Shown one piece after another: positions 18,488 through 28,430 of a DNA stretch of 64,000 nt. The notes below the pieces were generated by a model. It was not told the DNA's origin and did not search any database. It saw only the letters and a list, made by a program, of their open reading frames with translations. Location: contig CBDDIJ010000003.1 of the NCBI GenBank assembly GCA_965228855.1, positions 2,112,001 through 2,176,000 of the forward strand. Direction: 5' to 3'. Positions within the stretch are counted from its first letter, which is position 1. The number at the start of each line of letters is the position of its first letter. This DNA comes from Candidatus Obscuribacterales bacterium. Lineage in GTDB: Bacteria; Cyanobacteriota; Vampirovibrionia; Obscuribacterales; Obscuribacteraceae. A program made the translations under genes and the position numbers.

Positions 18488-19552
18488 CTATTCTTCCGGC
18501 TGAAACGACTGCGATTCAAGCACAGTATGAATTGCGTAGGTGCGCTTGTCTTGCGACTCGTGATAGGTTCGAATCAACAGCTCTGCCATCAATCCCATGA
18601 GGATGCACTGCACACCGACCATGAACAACATCGTAGTGAGCACCGGCAGTGGTGTGTCGATGAAGTGCGTATCATAGAAGAGTCGAAGAATGACCATCAA
18701 TGCGAAAGCGGCAAAGGAGCCAAGCATCGAAAGTCCGCCGATCGAACCGAAAACGTAAATCGGTTTCGTCAGATAGTTCGACATAAATGTGACGGTGATG
18801 AGGTCGAGAACAACTTTGAATGTTCTCGAGATACCGTACTTAGATTGTCCGAATCTTCTGGGATGGTGAATAACCGGTATCTCAGCCACTTTCGCGCCGA
18901 GCCAGGTCGCGTAGATCGGAACGAATCTGTGCATCTCACCATAAAGTTTGACGTCTTGAATCACTTCACGACGGTACGCCTTCAAACAGCAACCATAGTC
19001 GCTAAGCTTCACGCCTGTCATTTTTGAAATCAGACGATTGGCAATCCATGAAGGGATCAGACGCAAAAACAATTCGTCGTGGCGTTTTTTACGCCAACCG
19101 CTGACGACATCGTAACCCTCATTAAGTTTGTCCAATAGACGCGAGATGTCCTTAGGATCATTTTGAAGGTCGGCGTCGATGTGCAGAATTATTTTGCCTC
19201 GCGCATAATCATGTCCCGCTGACAGGGCGGGCGTCTTGCCGTAGTTACGCGCAAATTTCAAAACTCGTACGTTTGAGTCCTTAACCCAAAGCTGTTTGAT
19301 CAATTCATATGAACGATCGGTAGAACCGTCATCAATAAACAGAAGCTCGTACGTGCAGCCAATTTTGGAGAGCGCGTCGATGGTCTGGTCATAGAGAGGT
19401 TGAATCGTATCCTCTTCATTGCAAACCGGGATGATGATCGACAGGTCGACCTCACCGGGCTTCGCTGGCGTCTGAACGCTCGCCGGGACACCATTGAGAA
19501 TGGTTTCGCCGGATCGATACGAGATTGTTGGGGGGTATTGAATACTAGGCAT
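18488..19552 (-). CDS. GT2 polyprenol-phosphate glycosyltransferase (ArnC/GtrB-like)
   Basis: 'SIIIPVCNEE', 'DDGSTD', 'RNYGK', 'DADLQNDP', 'HHPRRFGQSKY', two C-terminal TMs. Confidence 0.92.
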   Translation of the reverse strand: MPSIQYPPTISYRSGETILNGVPASVQTPAKPGEVDLSIIIPVCNEEDTIQPLYDQTIDALSKIGCTYELLFIDDGSTDRSYELIKQLWVKDSNVRVLKFARNYGKTPALSAGHDYARGKIILHIDADLQNDPKDISRLLDKLNEGYDVVSGWRKKRHDELFLRLIPSWIANRLISKMTGVKLSDYGCCLKAYRREVIQDVKLYGEMHRFVPIYATWLGAKVAEIPVIHHPRRFGQSKYGISRTFKVVLDLITVTFMSNYLTKPIYVFGSIGGLSMLGSFAAFALMVILRLFYDTHFIDTPLPVLTTMLFMVGVQCILMGLMAELLIRTYHESQDKRTYAIHTVLESQSFQPEE

Positions 19553-19730
19553 GGGAGCATTAAAACATGGTGCGCAACTTTGTTACCTTGAAAACTTCTT
19601 ATCACCGCTAAAGCCCGCGCCAGTCTGCCAAAATTCTGTATTCAAGTTGCTACACATGAGGACCCGCTAATGAATGCGTTCCTTATGAAGAAGATACTTG
19701 ATATCGGAAACGGCGTGGAGACTGCTATCT

Positions 19731-21752
19731 GTGTGTGGAATTGCCGGTTATTTGAACCTTAACGGGTCTTCGCTGGACAATCGTCCAGGCTCGAAAGAGG
19801 ACTACCTGCCAGGGATGTGTCATAGCATCCATCACCGCGGTCCTGATGAGCAGGGCATGAAGTATATCGGACCGGCCGCATTAGGTATGACTCGGCTTTC
19901 GATCATCGATTTGTCGACCGGTCAGCAGCCAATCTCCAACGAGGATGAAACCGTTTGGATCGTCTTCAACGGCGAAATCTACAACTTTCACGAACTCAAA
20001 GAGCGTTGCGAGAAACTCGGTCATACTTTCAAAACGCGCTCGGATACGGAAGTGATTGTTCACCTCTATGAGGAATATGGTGTTGACTGTGTTCAATACC
20101 TTGAAGGAATGTTCGCGTTTTCGATCTGGGACATCGCCAAAAAGCGGATGTTTATAGCCCGCGATCGCATGGGTGAAAAACCCCTGCACTGGGCGATCTT
20201 CGACGACATATTCTTCTATGGTTCCGAAATCAAAAGTATTCTCACGCACCCCAGCGCAAAACGGCAGCTGAATCCGGTTGCGATGCAGCAATACTTATCG
20301 CTCGAGTACGTGCCGTCGCCTAGCACTATGTTCGAAGGCATTCATAAACTTCCGCCCGCCAGCTACATGGTGATTGAAAACGGTCAGGTCAACATTCAAC
20401 GCTACTGGTCTCCGAGTGTAGACACAGTAAAAATGTCTGAAACCGAAGCCAGCGAACGCTTGTTGCAACTTCTGGACGATTCGGTAAAAGGGCGTCTAAT
20501 TTCAGACGTGCCGCTCGGCATATTTCTTTCCGGCGGTATCGACTCTTCAGGAGTGACAGCCCTTGCGGCACGACACGTTTCGCACAAACTGAAAACGTTC
20601 TCTATCGGATTCAACGACGCGTCATTCGACGAGTCAGACTATGCGGAACAAGTCGCGAAGCACGTCGGCACGGAGCATCATAAAGAGCAGTTCACGCCTA
20701 ACCTGGCACTCAATATGATGGAAGACCTCTGGAAAGTTCTCGACGAACCAATAGCAGACGCCTCCATACTGCCCACGTATTTCTTGTCGAAGATAACCCG
20801 ACAACGAGTCACAGTCGCACTTTCAGGAGAAGGCGGAGACGAACTGTTCGGCGGTTATCCAACCTATTTCGCCCACAGCTTAGCCGCAATCTGGCGAAGC
20901 ATGCCAGGCGTGTTGAGAAACGGAGTTGTCGCTCCGATGGTCAACGCGCTGCCCGTAAATCTCAACAATCTCAGTTTCGACTATAAGTTGAAACGGTTTA
21001 TATCGTCCGCGGAAGAAGCGCCGATGGTTCGCCACCTTAAGTGGATGGGCTCGATACCGGTAGCTCAGCACAGCGGGCTCATCAAACAGTCGGCGTTTGA
21101 CACCATTGGCGGTGCGCCGTTTAAAACACACGATGACTTAATAGCCTGGCTACGAGAAACCAGATGGTTGATGCAACAGATCACCGAGAGAAGCCACGTG
21201 GTAGATACTGCCATGAGGCTGGACACAAGCTGCTTCCTGGCCGATCAATTGCTCGTCAAGGCGGACCGCGCTTCCATGGCTTGCTCACTCGAAGCCCGTA
21301 TGCCTTTCCTCGCCCATCCAGTCGCGGAATTCGCGCTGTCGCTGCCGCCATCATATAAAGTGCGTGGCACGACGACGAAGTATTTGTTGAAGAAAACTCT
21401 CTCTCCGCTCCTTCCGGAAAACATCATTAAACGTCCAAAGAAGGGCTTCGGCATTCCTGTTGCAAAATGGCTCAAAGGCGACTTCAAGGTTCTCGTTGAT
21501 GAACTTCTGGAGGAAGGCTATGTTCAGCGTCAGGGCATCTTCGAATGGTCGTATCTGAGCAAACTGCTGAGCGATCACTATGAAGGTCGAGCTGACCGCA
21601 GGAAAGAACTCTGGACGCTAATTATGTTCCAGAGATGGTGGCACAAATTCTTCAATTCGCAAACACCGATCGGTGGATGCGAGTTGGATGAGACGCTCCA
21701 TATTCCGGGGCGTGCAGCTCAAATTGCGCAACTCCAAACGTCGGCTCGTTAG
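19731..21752 (+). CDS. asnB: Asparagine synthase (glutamine-hydrolysing) family amidotransferase
   Basis: GTG start gives the Ntn Cys1 'MCGIAG'. 'HRGPD', 'NGEIYN', 'FLSGGIDSS', 'SGEGGDELFGGY', 'KKGF..P'. Confidence 0.93.
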   Translation: MCGIAGYLNLNGSSLDNRPGSKEDYLPGMCHSIHHRGPDEQGMKYIGPAALGMTRLSIIDLSTGQQPISNEDETVWIVFNGEIYNFHELKERCEKLGHTFKTRSDTEVIVHLYEEYGVDCVQYLEGMFAFSIWDIAKKRMFIARDRMGEKPLHWAIFDDIFFYGSEIKSILTHPSAKRQLNPVAMQQYLSLEYVPSPSTMFEGIHKLPPASYMVIENGQVNIQRYWSPSVDTVKMSETEASERLLQLLDDSVKGRLISDVPLGIFLSGGIDSSGVTALAARHVSHKLKTFSIGFNDASFDESDYAEQVAKHVGTEHHKEQFTPNLALNMMEDLWKVLDEPIADASILPTYFLSKITRQRVTVALSGEGGDELFGGYPTYFAHSLAAIWRSMPGVLRNGVVAPMVNALPVNLNNLSFDYKLKRFISSAEEAPMVRHLKWMGSIPVAQHSGLIKQSAFDTIGGAPFKTHDDLIAWLRETRWLMQQITERSHVVDTAMRLDTSCFLADQLLVKADRASMACSLEARMPFLAHPVAEFALSLPPSYKVRGTTTKYLLKKTLSPLLPENIIKRPKKGFGIPVAKWLKGDFKVLVDELLEEGYVQRQGIFEWSYLSKLLSDHYEGRADRRKELWTLIMFQRWWHKFFNSQTPIGGCELDETLHIPGRAAQIAQLQTSAR

Positions 21753-21842
21753 GTCGACTGATTGTTCAGCGAAAAGAAGCGACTCATCTCATGAGTGAAG
21801 AAACGGAAACCGCTCCGGAAGTCAAAAATGCCAGGAGGAACG

Positions 21843-23750
21843 ATGTCATCATCAACCATTAATGTCGACCGTTCGACAGCTACGCAGAAAGCGTCGCCGT
21901 CCGGATTACGACACGATGATGCAAAACCGAAGAAGCTGGGCCTGGAACTAGCGGTGGTGGCATTAGTTTTTGCGACTGCCGGCTATATGTTCTACACGGC
22001 ACTGGGTGACGTTCCACTGTTCAACCCGGATGAATGCTTCTACGCCGAGCCAGCCAGGGAGATGCTGGAGACCGGTAACTGGATTACGACCACACTCAAC
22101 TACGATATCCGCTATACAAAGCCACCGCTCCACTATTGGGCAACGGCACTTTCATACTACTTATTCGGCGTCGATGAATTCGCCGCTCGTTTTTACTCCG
22201 CTACGTGTGCGGCAATACTCGTGGCATCGACATACTGCCTGACGAATAAATTCGTTGGTATGCGAGCCGGTCTGATAGCGGCTGCAGTGCTTATGTCTGC
22301 GCCACTATATGTAGTGACCGGTCGACTGGCGATCAACGAGATGTCGCTCTCGCTCTTCACCACTGGCGGACTCTACTGTTTCTACACAGCTTTTCACGAA
22401 AAGCGGATGTCTTATGCCTGGCTGGGCTACGCAATGCTCGCAGGCGGCATGATGACTAAAGGTCCTGTCGGAATTGTCTTACCGGTCCTGATTCTAGGCG
22501 TCTATCACCTGATGCGCCGAAATTTCGTCGAAGCGATCAAGTTTTACAAACCGCACTGGGGAGCGCTTCTTGCAGCAGCAATCTCGTTGCCCTGGTACGT
22601 AATCGAAACCATCGCCACTAACGGCGAGTACTTCACTTGCTTCATCGTCATGGAAAACTTTCAGCGTTTCACTAACGTTGTCAGCGGTCACAAAGCACCA
22701 TGGTGGTATCACATCGCTGCGGTGAGCGGTGGCTTTTTGCCGTGGACGATTTTCCTGCCCCAGGCGATCCTCAATGCGCTGAGACCGGAGAAGGAACCTT
22801 CCCTGTCCACCGCCGCTCCATCGCGATGGGCAATACTGGATTCGTATAAACATCTGAACGCTCGACAGGACCTCGCGCTCTTTGCAGTATGCCTGTTCGT
22901 CACTACGATTGCCTTCTACAGCGCAAGCGTCTCGAAGCTGCTGTCCTACACCGTCTGCTGCTTCCCAGCACTGGCAATTGCGGTAGCACTGCAAATCGAC
23001 AAATCGATCGAACACCCCCGAGCAAAAAGTCTCTTGGTTCCCATCTTAATTCTCGCCACCGCATTCGGTATCGGCATATTCGTGGAACCGATGATCCTCA
23101 AAATTGTGCGTGGCGCTCCAAACAACATCGGGCACGTGGTCGAGAGCTGCATGACGCTTGAGTTTGGCGCATTCACCGCTGCCGCAATTTTGATCGCGAT
23201 GGGTCGCAGGGTCTGGGGCATCGGCTTAGTCTCGGTCGCAACTCTAATTTCGATGTCCTTCTTCGGGCTGCAAATCATTTCGGCGGTAGCGACGAAACAA
23301 GAGCGCGGATTGCCTGCGCTAGCCCGCTTTGCGGCGGCTTCTAACGACCCGATATTCACATATAAAGCGCGTATGCCCTCCGTTCCGTTTTACACGAAAC
23401 GCGAAACTGTTTTTTCTCCGGCGCAGGAAATTCCAATTGCTGGGACAGACAGATACACCGGAGTAGCCGGTCAGTCACAGCCGCCGGAAATCACCATATT
23501 CGGTAAAAAGGTGCTGGCTGGTCAGACCGCTGAGCAATCGGAAGCGTCACGAACTCTCGCAGCGATGCCGAAATACGAGCGCCTTTCAGGCGAAACGGTT
23601 TTAACCGAAGTAGAGACGCGTCCACGCGCTTACATACTCCTGAAAGACAATGACGCAAAAGATTTCGAAAACCGAGCCGGGTACAAGAAAATCGCGAAAT
23701 TGAATTCATACGCTTTGGTTCAATGGATTAAACCCAGCGACGCGCATTAG
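21843..23750 (+). CDS. ArnT/PMT-family (GT-C) lipid-linked sugar transferase
   Basis: ATG 21843 follows AGGAGG. 'DE..YAE.AREM', 'KPPL.YW', 'EFAAR', 'TKGP', 'F.R.......H..P.WY', 'SK...Y'. Many TMs. Confidence 0.9.
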   Translation: MSSSTINVDRSTATQKASPSGLRHDDAKPKKLGLELAVVALVFATAGYMFYTALGDVPLFNPDECFYAEPAREMLETGNWITTTLNYDIRYTKPPLHYWATALSYYLFGVDEFAARFYSATCAAILVASTYCLTNKFVGMRAGLIAAAVLMSAPLYVVTGRLAINEMSLSLFTTGGLYCFYTAFHEKRMSYAWLGYAMLAGGMMTKGPVGIVLPVLILGVYHLMRRNFVEAIKFYKPHWGALLAAAISLPWYVIETIATNGEYFTCFIVMENFQRFTNVVSGHKAPWWYHIAAVSGGFLPWTIFLPQAILNALRPEKEPSLSTAAPSRWAILDSYKHLNARQDLALFAVCLFVTTIAFYSASVSKLLSYTVCCFPALAIAVALQIDKSIEHPRAKSLLVPILILATAFGIGIFVEPMILKIVRGAPNNIGHVVESCMTLEFGAFTAAAILIAMGRRVWGIGLVSVATLISMSFFGLQIISAVATKQERGLPALARFAAASNDPIFTYKARMPSVPFYTKRETVFSPAQEIPIAGTDRYTGVAGQSQPPEITIFGKKVLAGQTAEQSEASRTLAAMPKYERLSGETVLTEVETRPRAYILLKDNDAKDFENRAGYKKIAKLNSYALVQWIKPSDAH

Positions 23751-23756
23751 TCGTAA

Positions 23757-24254
23757 TCACTCCGTCAGGAGTTTGAAAACGTTAGGAGTAATCAACCACT
23801 TCATAGTGCCTGGCATGGTCGCCGGTAAATCCGACGTTTCCACGCAGCAGACGCCGGCTTTGGCAAATGGAAGTGTAAATTCGAATCCACCGCCGACGAT
23901 GTCCTTGACGATCTCGCCGACATCGGGTTCGTGTCCGACAAGAAAAATATCATGCGCTTTTTCAAACTTCTTCAAAAATTTATAGACACTTGCGATGGTG
24001 ATGCCGGGGGCGAGTGTATCGGAAGTAGCGAATTCGCCACCGAGTTCCGCGTGGATGATTTTCGCAGTTTGTTGCGTGCGAACGAGCGGGCTGGCGACGA
24101 TCAGATCTGGTTTGATCGCCATCTTTCTAAGCGCCCTGGCCACCATTTCGGTCTCAGCCACCCCCTCGTCAGTCAACGGACGTTCAGAATCGCGGGATAT
24201 TCCCCTGACAAGTCCCTCAACTGCGATACCGTGCCTGACGACGTATATTTTCAT
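23757..24254 (-). CDS. sixA: Phosphohistidine phosphatase SixA
   Basis: 'MKIYVVRHG.A', 'D.ERPLT..G', 'SPLVR..QTA', 'LVGHEP'. Confidence 0.9.
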   Translation of the reverse strand: MKIYVVRHGIAVEGLVRGISRDSERPLTDEGVAETEMVARALRKMAIKPDLIVASPLVRTQQTAKIIHAELGGEFATSDTLAPGITIASVYKFLKKFEKAHDIFLVGHEPDVGEIVKDIVGGGFEFTLPFAKAGVCCVETSDLPATMPGTMKWLITPNVFKLLTE

Positions 24255-24323
24255 GCGAACTCCGGGAAAAGGACGCCTTTTATATAGCTGTTTTGATTGT
24301 TCCACCTGATGTAATATTGAACC

Positions 24324-24761
24324 ATGAGTGACAAACCTAGACTAATTGGACTTGACATTGGAGACCGGCGCATCGGAATCGCCATCGCTGACCCACTGGG
24401 TATTACGGCGGCGGGGCTCGAAACTATTGAGCGTCAAAATTCGAAAATCGATGTTGAGAAAGTTAAGGAACTTGCAGAACGGCATGGTGCCACGCAAATC
24501 GTCGTAGGCTTGCCTCTCAACATGGATGGAAGTTCGGGTGAGCAAGCTGACAAGGTACGGTCTTTTGCAAGTAAACTTGCCCGCGCCACTGGTTTGCCGA
24601 TTGTTTATGAAGACGAGCGGTTATCGACGGTTTCAGCCATTCGAACTCTTACTGTACAGGGCGTTGACACCGGCAAGAACCGAGATATCGTCGACCGTCA
24701 GGCTGCTGCAATTATTCTGCAAAAATTTCTCGACCGAAGGTCTCCGCCGCCCTCGGCCTGA
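24324..24761 (+). CDS. ruvX: YqgF/RuvX RNase H-like nuclease
   Basis: 'GLDIGDRRIGIAIAD', 'VVGLPLNMDGS', 'DERLST', 'VDRQAAAIILQ'. Confidence 0.95.
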   Translation: MSDKPRLIGLDIGDRRIGIAIADPLGITAAGLETIERQNSKIDVEKVKELAERHGATQIVVGLPLNMDGSSGEQADKVRSFASKLARATGLPIVYEDERLSTVSAIRTLTVQGVDTGKNRDIVDRQAAAIILQKFLDRRSPPPSA

Positions 24762-24780
24762 ACAGTCGATTTAAACTGAA

Positions 24781-27180
24781 TTAGCGCCGGGGCAACACTA
24801 TTGTGAAGGTAGTGCCTTCGCCTTCCACGCTGTTGACCACGATGTCACCCTGGTGCGCGTCGACAATCTGCTTGCAGAGATATAGACCCAGTCCTGTTCC
24901 TACCGCCTGTCCTTTGCCCTTTTCACTGCGCCAGAAACGCTCAAAGACTTTGTTAATTTCGCTCTCGGCGATACCAATACCGGTGTCTTTAACATGGAGC
25001 ATAACCTGATTGGGTGTTTCTTCGCCCCAAACTTTGACGCCACCACGGGCGGCGGTAAATTTCAGAGCGTTATCAATCAGGTTTAGAACGACGCGCCGCA
25101 TGGCTAGCGTATCGACCTGAACACCTCCTTGACCTGGGGCAAGATTGATTTCCAGATTTATGTGTTTTTGTTCTGCCACCGCCATTAGTTCCCTTGCGCA
25201 CTCGCTGGAAAGGTCGAATAGCGAAACGTGCTCAAACGCGAGATCCGGATCGCTGAAGTCATAGCGGTTAACTTCAATCAAGTTTTGAACCATTCGAAGT
25301 AATCCCTGGTTACTTCTCCGCACCATTTGCAGAACTTCAGATTGGCTCTCGTCCACATCACCTAAAGTGCCATTGATTATTAATTCGAGTGTTCGGTCGG
25401 CGCCGATAAGCGGCGTCTTCAGGTCATGAACCAGAGTGGCGATGAAATCTTCACGCTGTTTGTCGACATTGCTTCTTTCATCGACTTCCATGGTGCTCAC
25501 GCAAACGCCGATGATTTCATTCATCTTATCCTTGAGAGGCCACGCCGCTAGATCCCAGTACAGCTCCCGCTTCCCGTTAGCATTGGCGAGCGCTACTCGT
25601 TGCCCACTCAATTGAACATTGATGTTTCGCTCCAGAACACCAGTCAAAACGTCGCGAGAAACCGTCGGAACAATTTCGTTGAAAGGTTGGCCAACCAGGT
25701 CGCTGACCTCTACGCCAAGCTGCTCTGCGACCGCCCGACTGGCTTTTGTTACAACGAGGTTTTTATCAAGTTTCCAAACTCCGATGGGAGCATTCTCCAT
25801 CGTGATGCTCTGCTCGTATAATCCAGAGTCACGGAATGCCTCATGGACACTCGATGTACTTGGCTCTCTGGTTACAGGAGGTCCACCCTCTCGGTGAATG
25901 GCAGAGAAGGTTCCGGATGCACGCAACCCTGTAGGAGCAGCAGAATCCGTTACCGCGGGATAGGTTCCGGAGCCCGCTAACTTCGCAACCACCGATGCAT
26001 CTATGCGATGCTGAGTTGTGCCGGATTCGCTGATATCCGTGCAACTGCCGATGAAGCCGAGGAAAGCACCATCGCTGCCGACTACCGGAGTGCCTGAGTC
26101 TAACAGGCGCCGGTAGCGATGATCGTGACGCCGCATTCTGTACTCGATGTGAAAACTTGTTCTCTCTTGAAGCGCGCGATCATAGGCGATCTGAAACCGC
26201 TGGCGATCCTGAGGATGTATTCCGACCAGCCAACCGTCGAACTTCAGAGCTTCTTGACTGGTTCCAGTAAATTCCAACCACTTACGATTGAAGAAAGTTC
26301 TGGTGCCATCCACTCCTGCCATCCACACCATCTGTGGTGCGGTGTTCGCGAGGTGATTGACACGCTCGGTCAAATCAATCAACGCCTTATCTTTCTCGAA
26401 AGCGTCCGTCAAATCGCGGAAGTTAGCCATAACCCCGATGATGTTTCCGGAGCGATTGCGCAACGGAGAATAGTAGGGTTGATAGTAACGACGTTCTCCA
26501 CGCGTATGGTAACTTTTGCGCTCTCCGGCAAAAGAACGCCCCGCCATAGCGAGCGAAATCTCGCGCTCCAAGCCTTCAAAAGGCAATTCTTCGGTCGCGA
26601 CTTTCCCGAGTACCTCCTGGCGTTTTCTTCCGAATATTCTCTCCATAGCGCGATTCCAGAGAACAATTCGATTCTGTAAGTCGAGGGCAACGATGCCGTC
26701 AAAGCTGTGGGTAAGCACGAAATCGCTGATTTGAGATACCATCTGGACCGACGCGACGGAGCGCTCAGCTACTCTTCCGACTATACGAGTCACTGTTTCA
26801 GTCGTCAGATGATCGAAGACGAGAACGTCAGCAGCTCCCAGCCGGATGAGCTTAAGAGCTGTATCTTCATCATTGGAATGTGTGATGTAGACAACGCTGC
26901 TTCGCGGCGCGGTCGCTCGAATTCGTCCGATTGCCTGACCCGGGTTGTCGTTAACGATGAGGTTCTCGGCCAGTATGACCACATCGACATCATCGGCACG
27001 CAACAGGTTGAGACAATCTCGCGCAGACTCAGCTTGGTCTATCGAGCAAGCAAACCCGGATAAACACTTGCTAAGTTTCGCGAATAACTCCTTATCGCCT
27101 CCGGCAATAAGTATTTTAAATTTGCTGGATTCGCTTGATTCCACGAACCTAATACCTTCAAAACGGGATGCCACGCTCAA
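24781..27180 (-). CDS. Cytoplasmic sensor histidine kinase: pseudo-REC - 3x PAS - HisKA - HATPase
   Basis: H-box 'HDLKTPL', N-box 'NLIDNALKF', 'DTGIGI', 'FERF', 'GTGLGL'. PAS 'FFNRKWLEFTG...IHPQD'. Confidence 0.92.
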   Translation of the reverse strand: MSVASRFEGIRFVESSESSKFKILIAGGDKELFAKLSKCLSGFACSIDQAESARDCLNLLRADDVDVVILAENLIVNDNPGQAIGRIRATAPRSSVVYITHSNDEDTALKLIRLGAADVLVFDHLTTETVTRIVGRVAERSVASVQMVSQISDFVLTHSFDGIVALDLQNRIVLWNRAMERIFGRKRQEVLGKVATEELPFEGLEREISLAMAGRSFAGERKSYHTRGERRYYQPYYSPLRNRSGNIIGVMANFRDLTDAFEKDKALIDLTERVNHLANTAPQMVWMAGVDGTRTFFNRKWLEFTGTSQEALKFDGWLVGIHPQDRQRFQIAYDRALQERTSFHIEYRMRRHDHRYRRLLDSGTPVVGSDGAFLGFIGSCTDISESGTTQHRIDASVVAKLAGSGTYPAVTDSAAPTGLRASGTFSAIHREGGPPVTREPSTSSVHEAFRDSGLYEQSITMENAPIGVWKLDKNLVVTKASRAVAEQLGVEVSDLVGQPFNEIVPTVSRDVLTGVLERNINVQLSGQRVALANANGKRELYWDLAAWPLKDKMNEIIGVCVSTMEVDERSNVDKQREDFIATLVHDLKTPLIGADRTLELIINGTLGDVDESQSEVLQMVRRSNQGLLRMVQNLIEVNRYDFSDPDLAFEHVSLFDLSSECARELMAVAEQKHINLEINLAPGQGGVQVDTLAMRRVVLNLIDNALKFTAARGGVKVWGEETPNQVMLHVKDTGIGIAESEINKVFERFWRSEKGKGQAVGTGLGLYLCKQIVDAHQGDIVVNSVEGEGTTFTIVLPRR

Positions 27181-27307
27181 TGTTTATATACACGTTCTTA
27201 ATCAAACTATATCGAGACGTTAAGCTAAATAGAGAGCCAAAGCCTCTAATGAGTTATAATCGCTTGTCTAGCTGTTCCGCGACGGGCAGCAGTTCCCGGA
27301 GAACATC

Positions 27308-27541
27308 ATGAGTCCGCTTTACATCGCTCTATTGATACTTACGACACTGTTCGCGATGGCTGTAATCGCGCTGGTTCTGCTGCACTCGCCCAAAGGCGAA
27401 GGGATGGGCGGTATCGGCGGCACGGCGACCCTCTTCAGTGGTAAGCGCGGAGCAGAAGCCGGTATCGACCGTGTGACCTGGACATGCGCGTTTCTGTTTC
27501 TTATCTGCTGTGGCGTCCTCGGTTTCGGCTTCGTAAGATAG
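27308..27541 (+). CDS. secG: Preprotein translocase subunit SecG (cyanobacterial type)
   Basis: 'LVLLHSPKGEGMGGIGG...LFSG.RGAE..IDRVTW' between two TMs. Confidence 0.93.
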   Translation: MSPLYIALLILTTLFAMAVIALVLLHSPKGEGMGGIGGTATLFSGKRGAEAGIDRVTWTCAFLFLICCGVLGFGFVR

Positions 27542-27544
27542 ACA

Positions 27545-28312
27545 ATGCCCTTTCAATTGCCCACGCAAGAGGAAAAGCACGCGTACGTGCACGATCAATT
27601 CGAGCGCATCGCTGCTCGATACGACCTCGCCAACGACGTTATCAGCCTCGGCATGCATCGTTTTTGGAAAAAACTGGCAGTCGATGTTTTAATCGACGGA
27701 CCAGGACGCAGCGACAATCGTCAGCAGCGCTTGTCAGGGAAATACCTGGACGTCTGCTGTGGAACCGGAGACCTGGCGCTGCGCATCGCAGAAAGACTCG
27801 AGCGTGACGGAGAAGTTACCGGTCTGGATTTCTCTGGCAATATGCTTGAAGTAGCAAGGCAAAGAACGGCGAAACACGAACAAGCGCTCAGCGCTTGCAC
27901 CAACTTTGTGCAGGGAGACGCTCAGAATTTGCCGTTCGCCGATGATTCGTTCGACGGCGCCATCATCAGCTTCGGCTTGAGAAATCTAACGCAATTCGAT
28001 CGCGGAATAGCAGAGATGGCCCGCGTTGTGAAACCGGGCGGCTTCGTGGTCAATCTCGACCTGGGACGCGCGAAGGGAGCGTTTTTCGCGCCGATGTTCA
28101 AATTATACTTTCGCCACTTCGTTCCAATCGTTGGAGCGGTTTTGCAGAACGATCGCAAGGCGTACACTTATTTGCCCGAGTCGAAGAGTACCTATCCTGA
28201 CCCGGAAGGTATTACTAAACTCTTCCAGGAAGCCGGGCTGACGAACGTTCGACATGTCGGGCTTTCATCCGGCAGTGTGGCGCTTCATGTCGGAGTAGTT
28301 GCCGAGAAATAG
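27545..28312 (+). CDS. menG: UbiE/MenG demethylmenaquinone methyltransferase
   Basis: 'F..IA.RYD..ND.ISLG.HR.WK', 'LDVCCGTGD', 'GDAQNLPF.D.SFD', 'FGLRN', 'AY.YL.ES'. Confidence 0.9.
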   Translation: MPFQLPTQEEKHAYVHDQFERIAARYDLANDVISLGMHRFWKKLAVDVLIDGPGRSDNRQQRLSGKYLDVCCGTGDLALRIAERLERDGEVTGLDFSGNMLEVARQRTAKHEQALSACTNFVQGDAQNLPFADDSFDGAIISFGLRNLTQFDRGIAEMARVVKPGGFVVNLDLGRAKGAFFAPMFKLYFRHFVPIVGAVLQNDRKAYTYLPESKSTYPDPEGITKLFQEAGLTNVRHVGLSSGSVALHVGVVAEK

Positions 28313-28430
28313 TTTCTCATTGCACCACATGCGGTGCCGGTGGGTTGCCGCAGTTCACAAAAACAGTCCTATCCTGTGAGACTGATAGAGACATCGAATA
28401 CAGCCACCACACGGGACGAATCGTTCAAGC

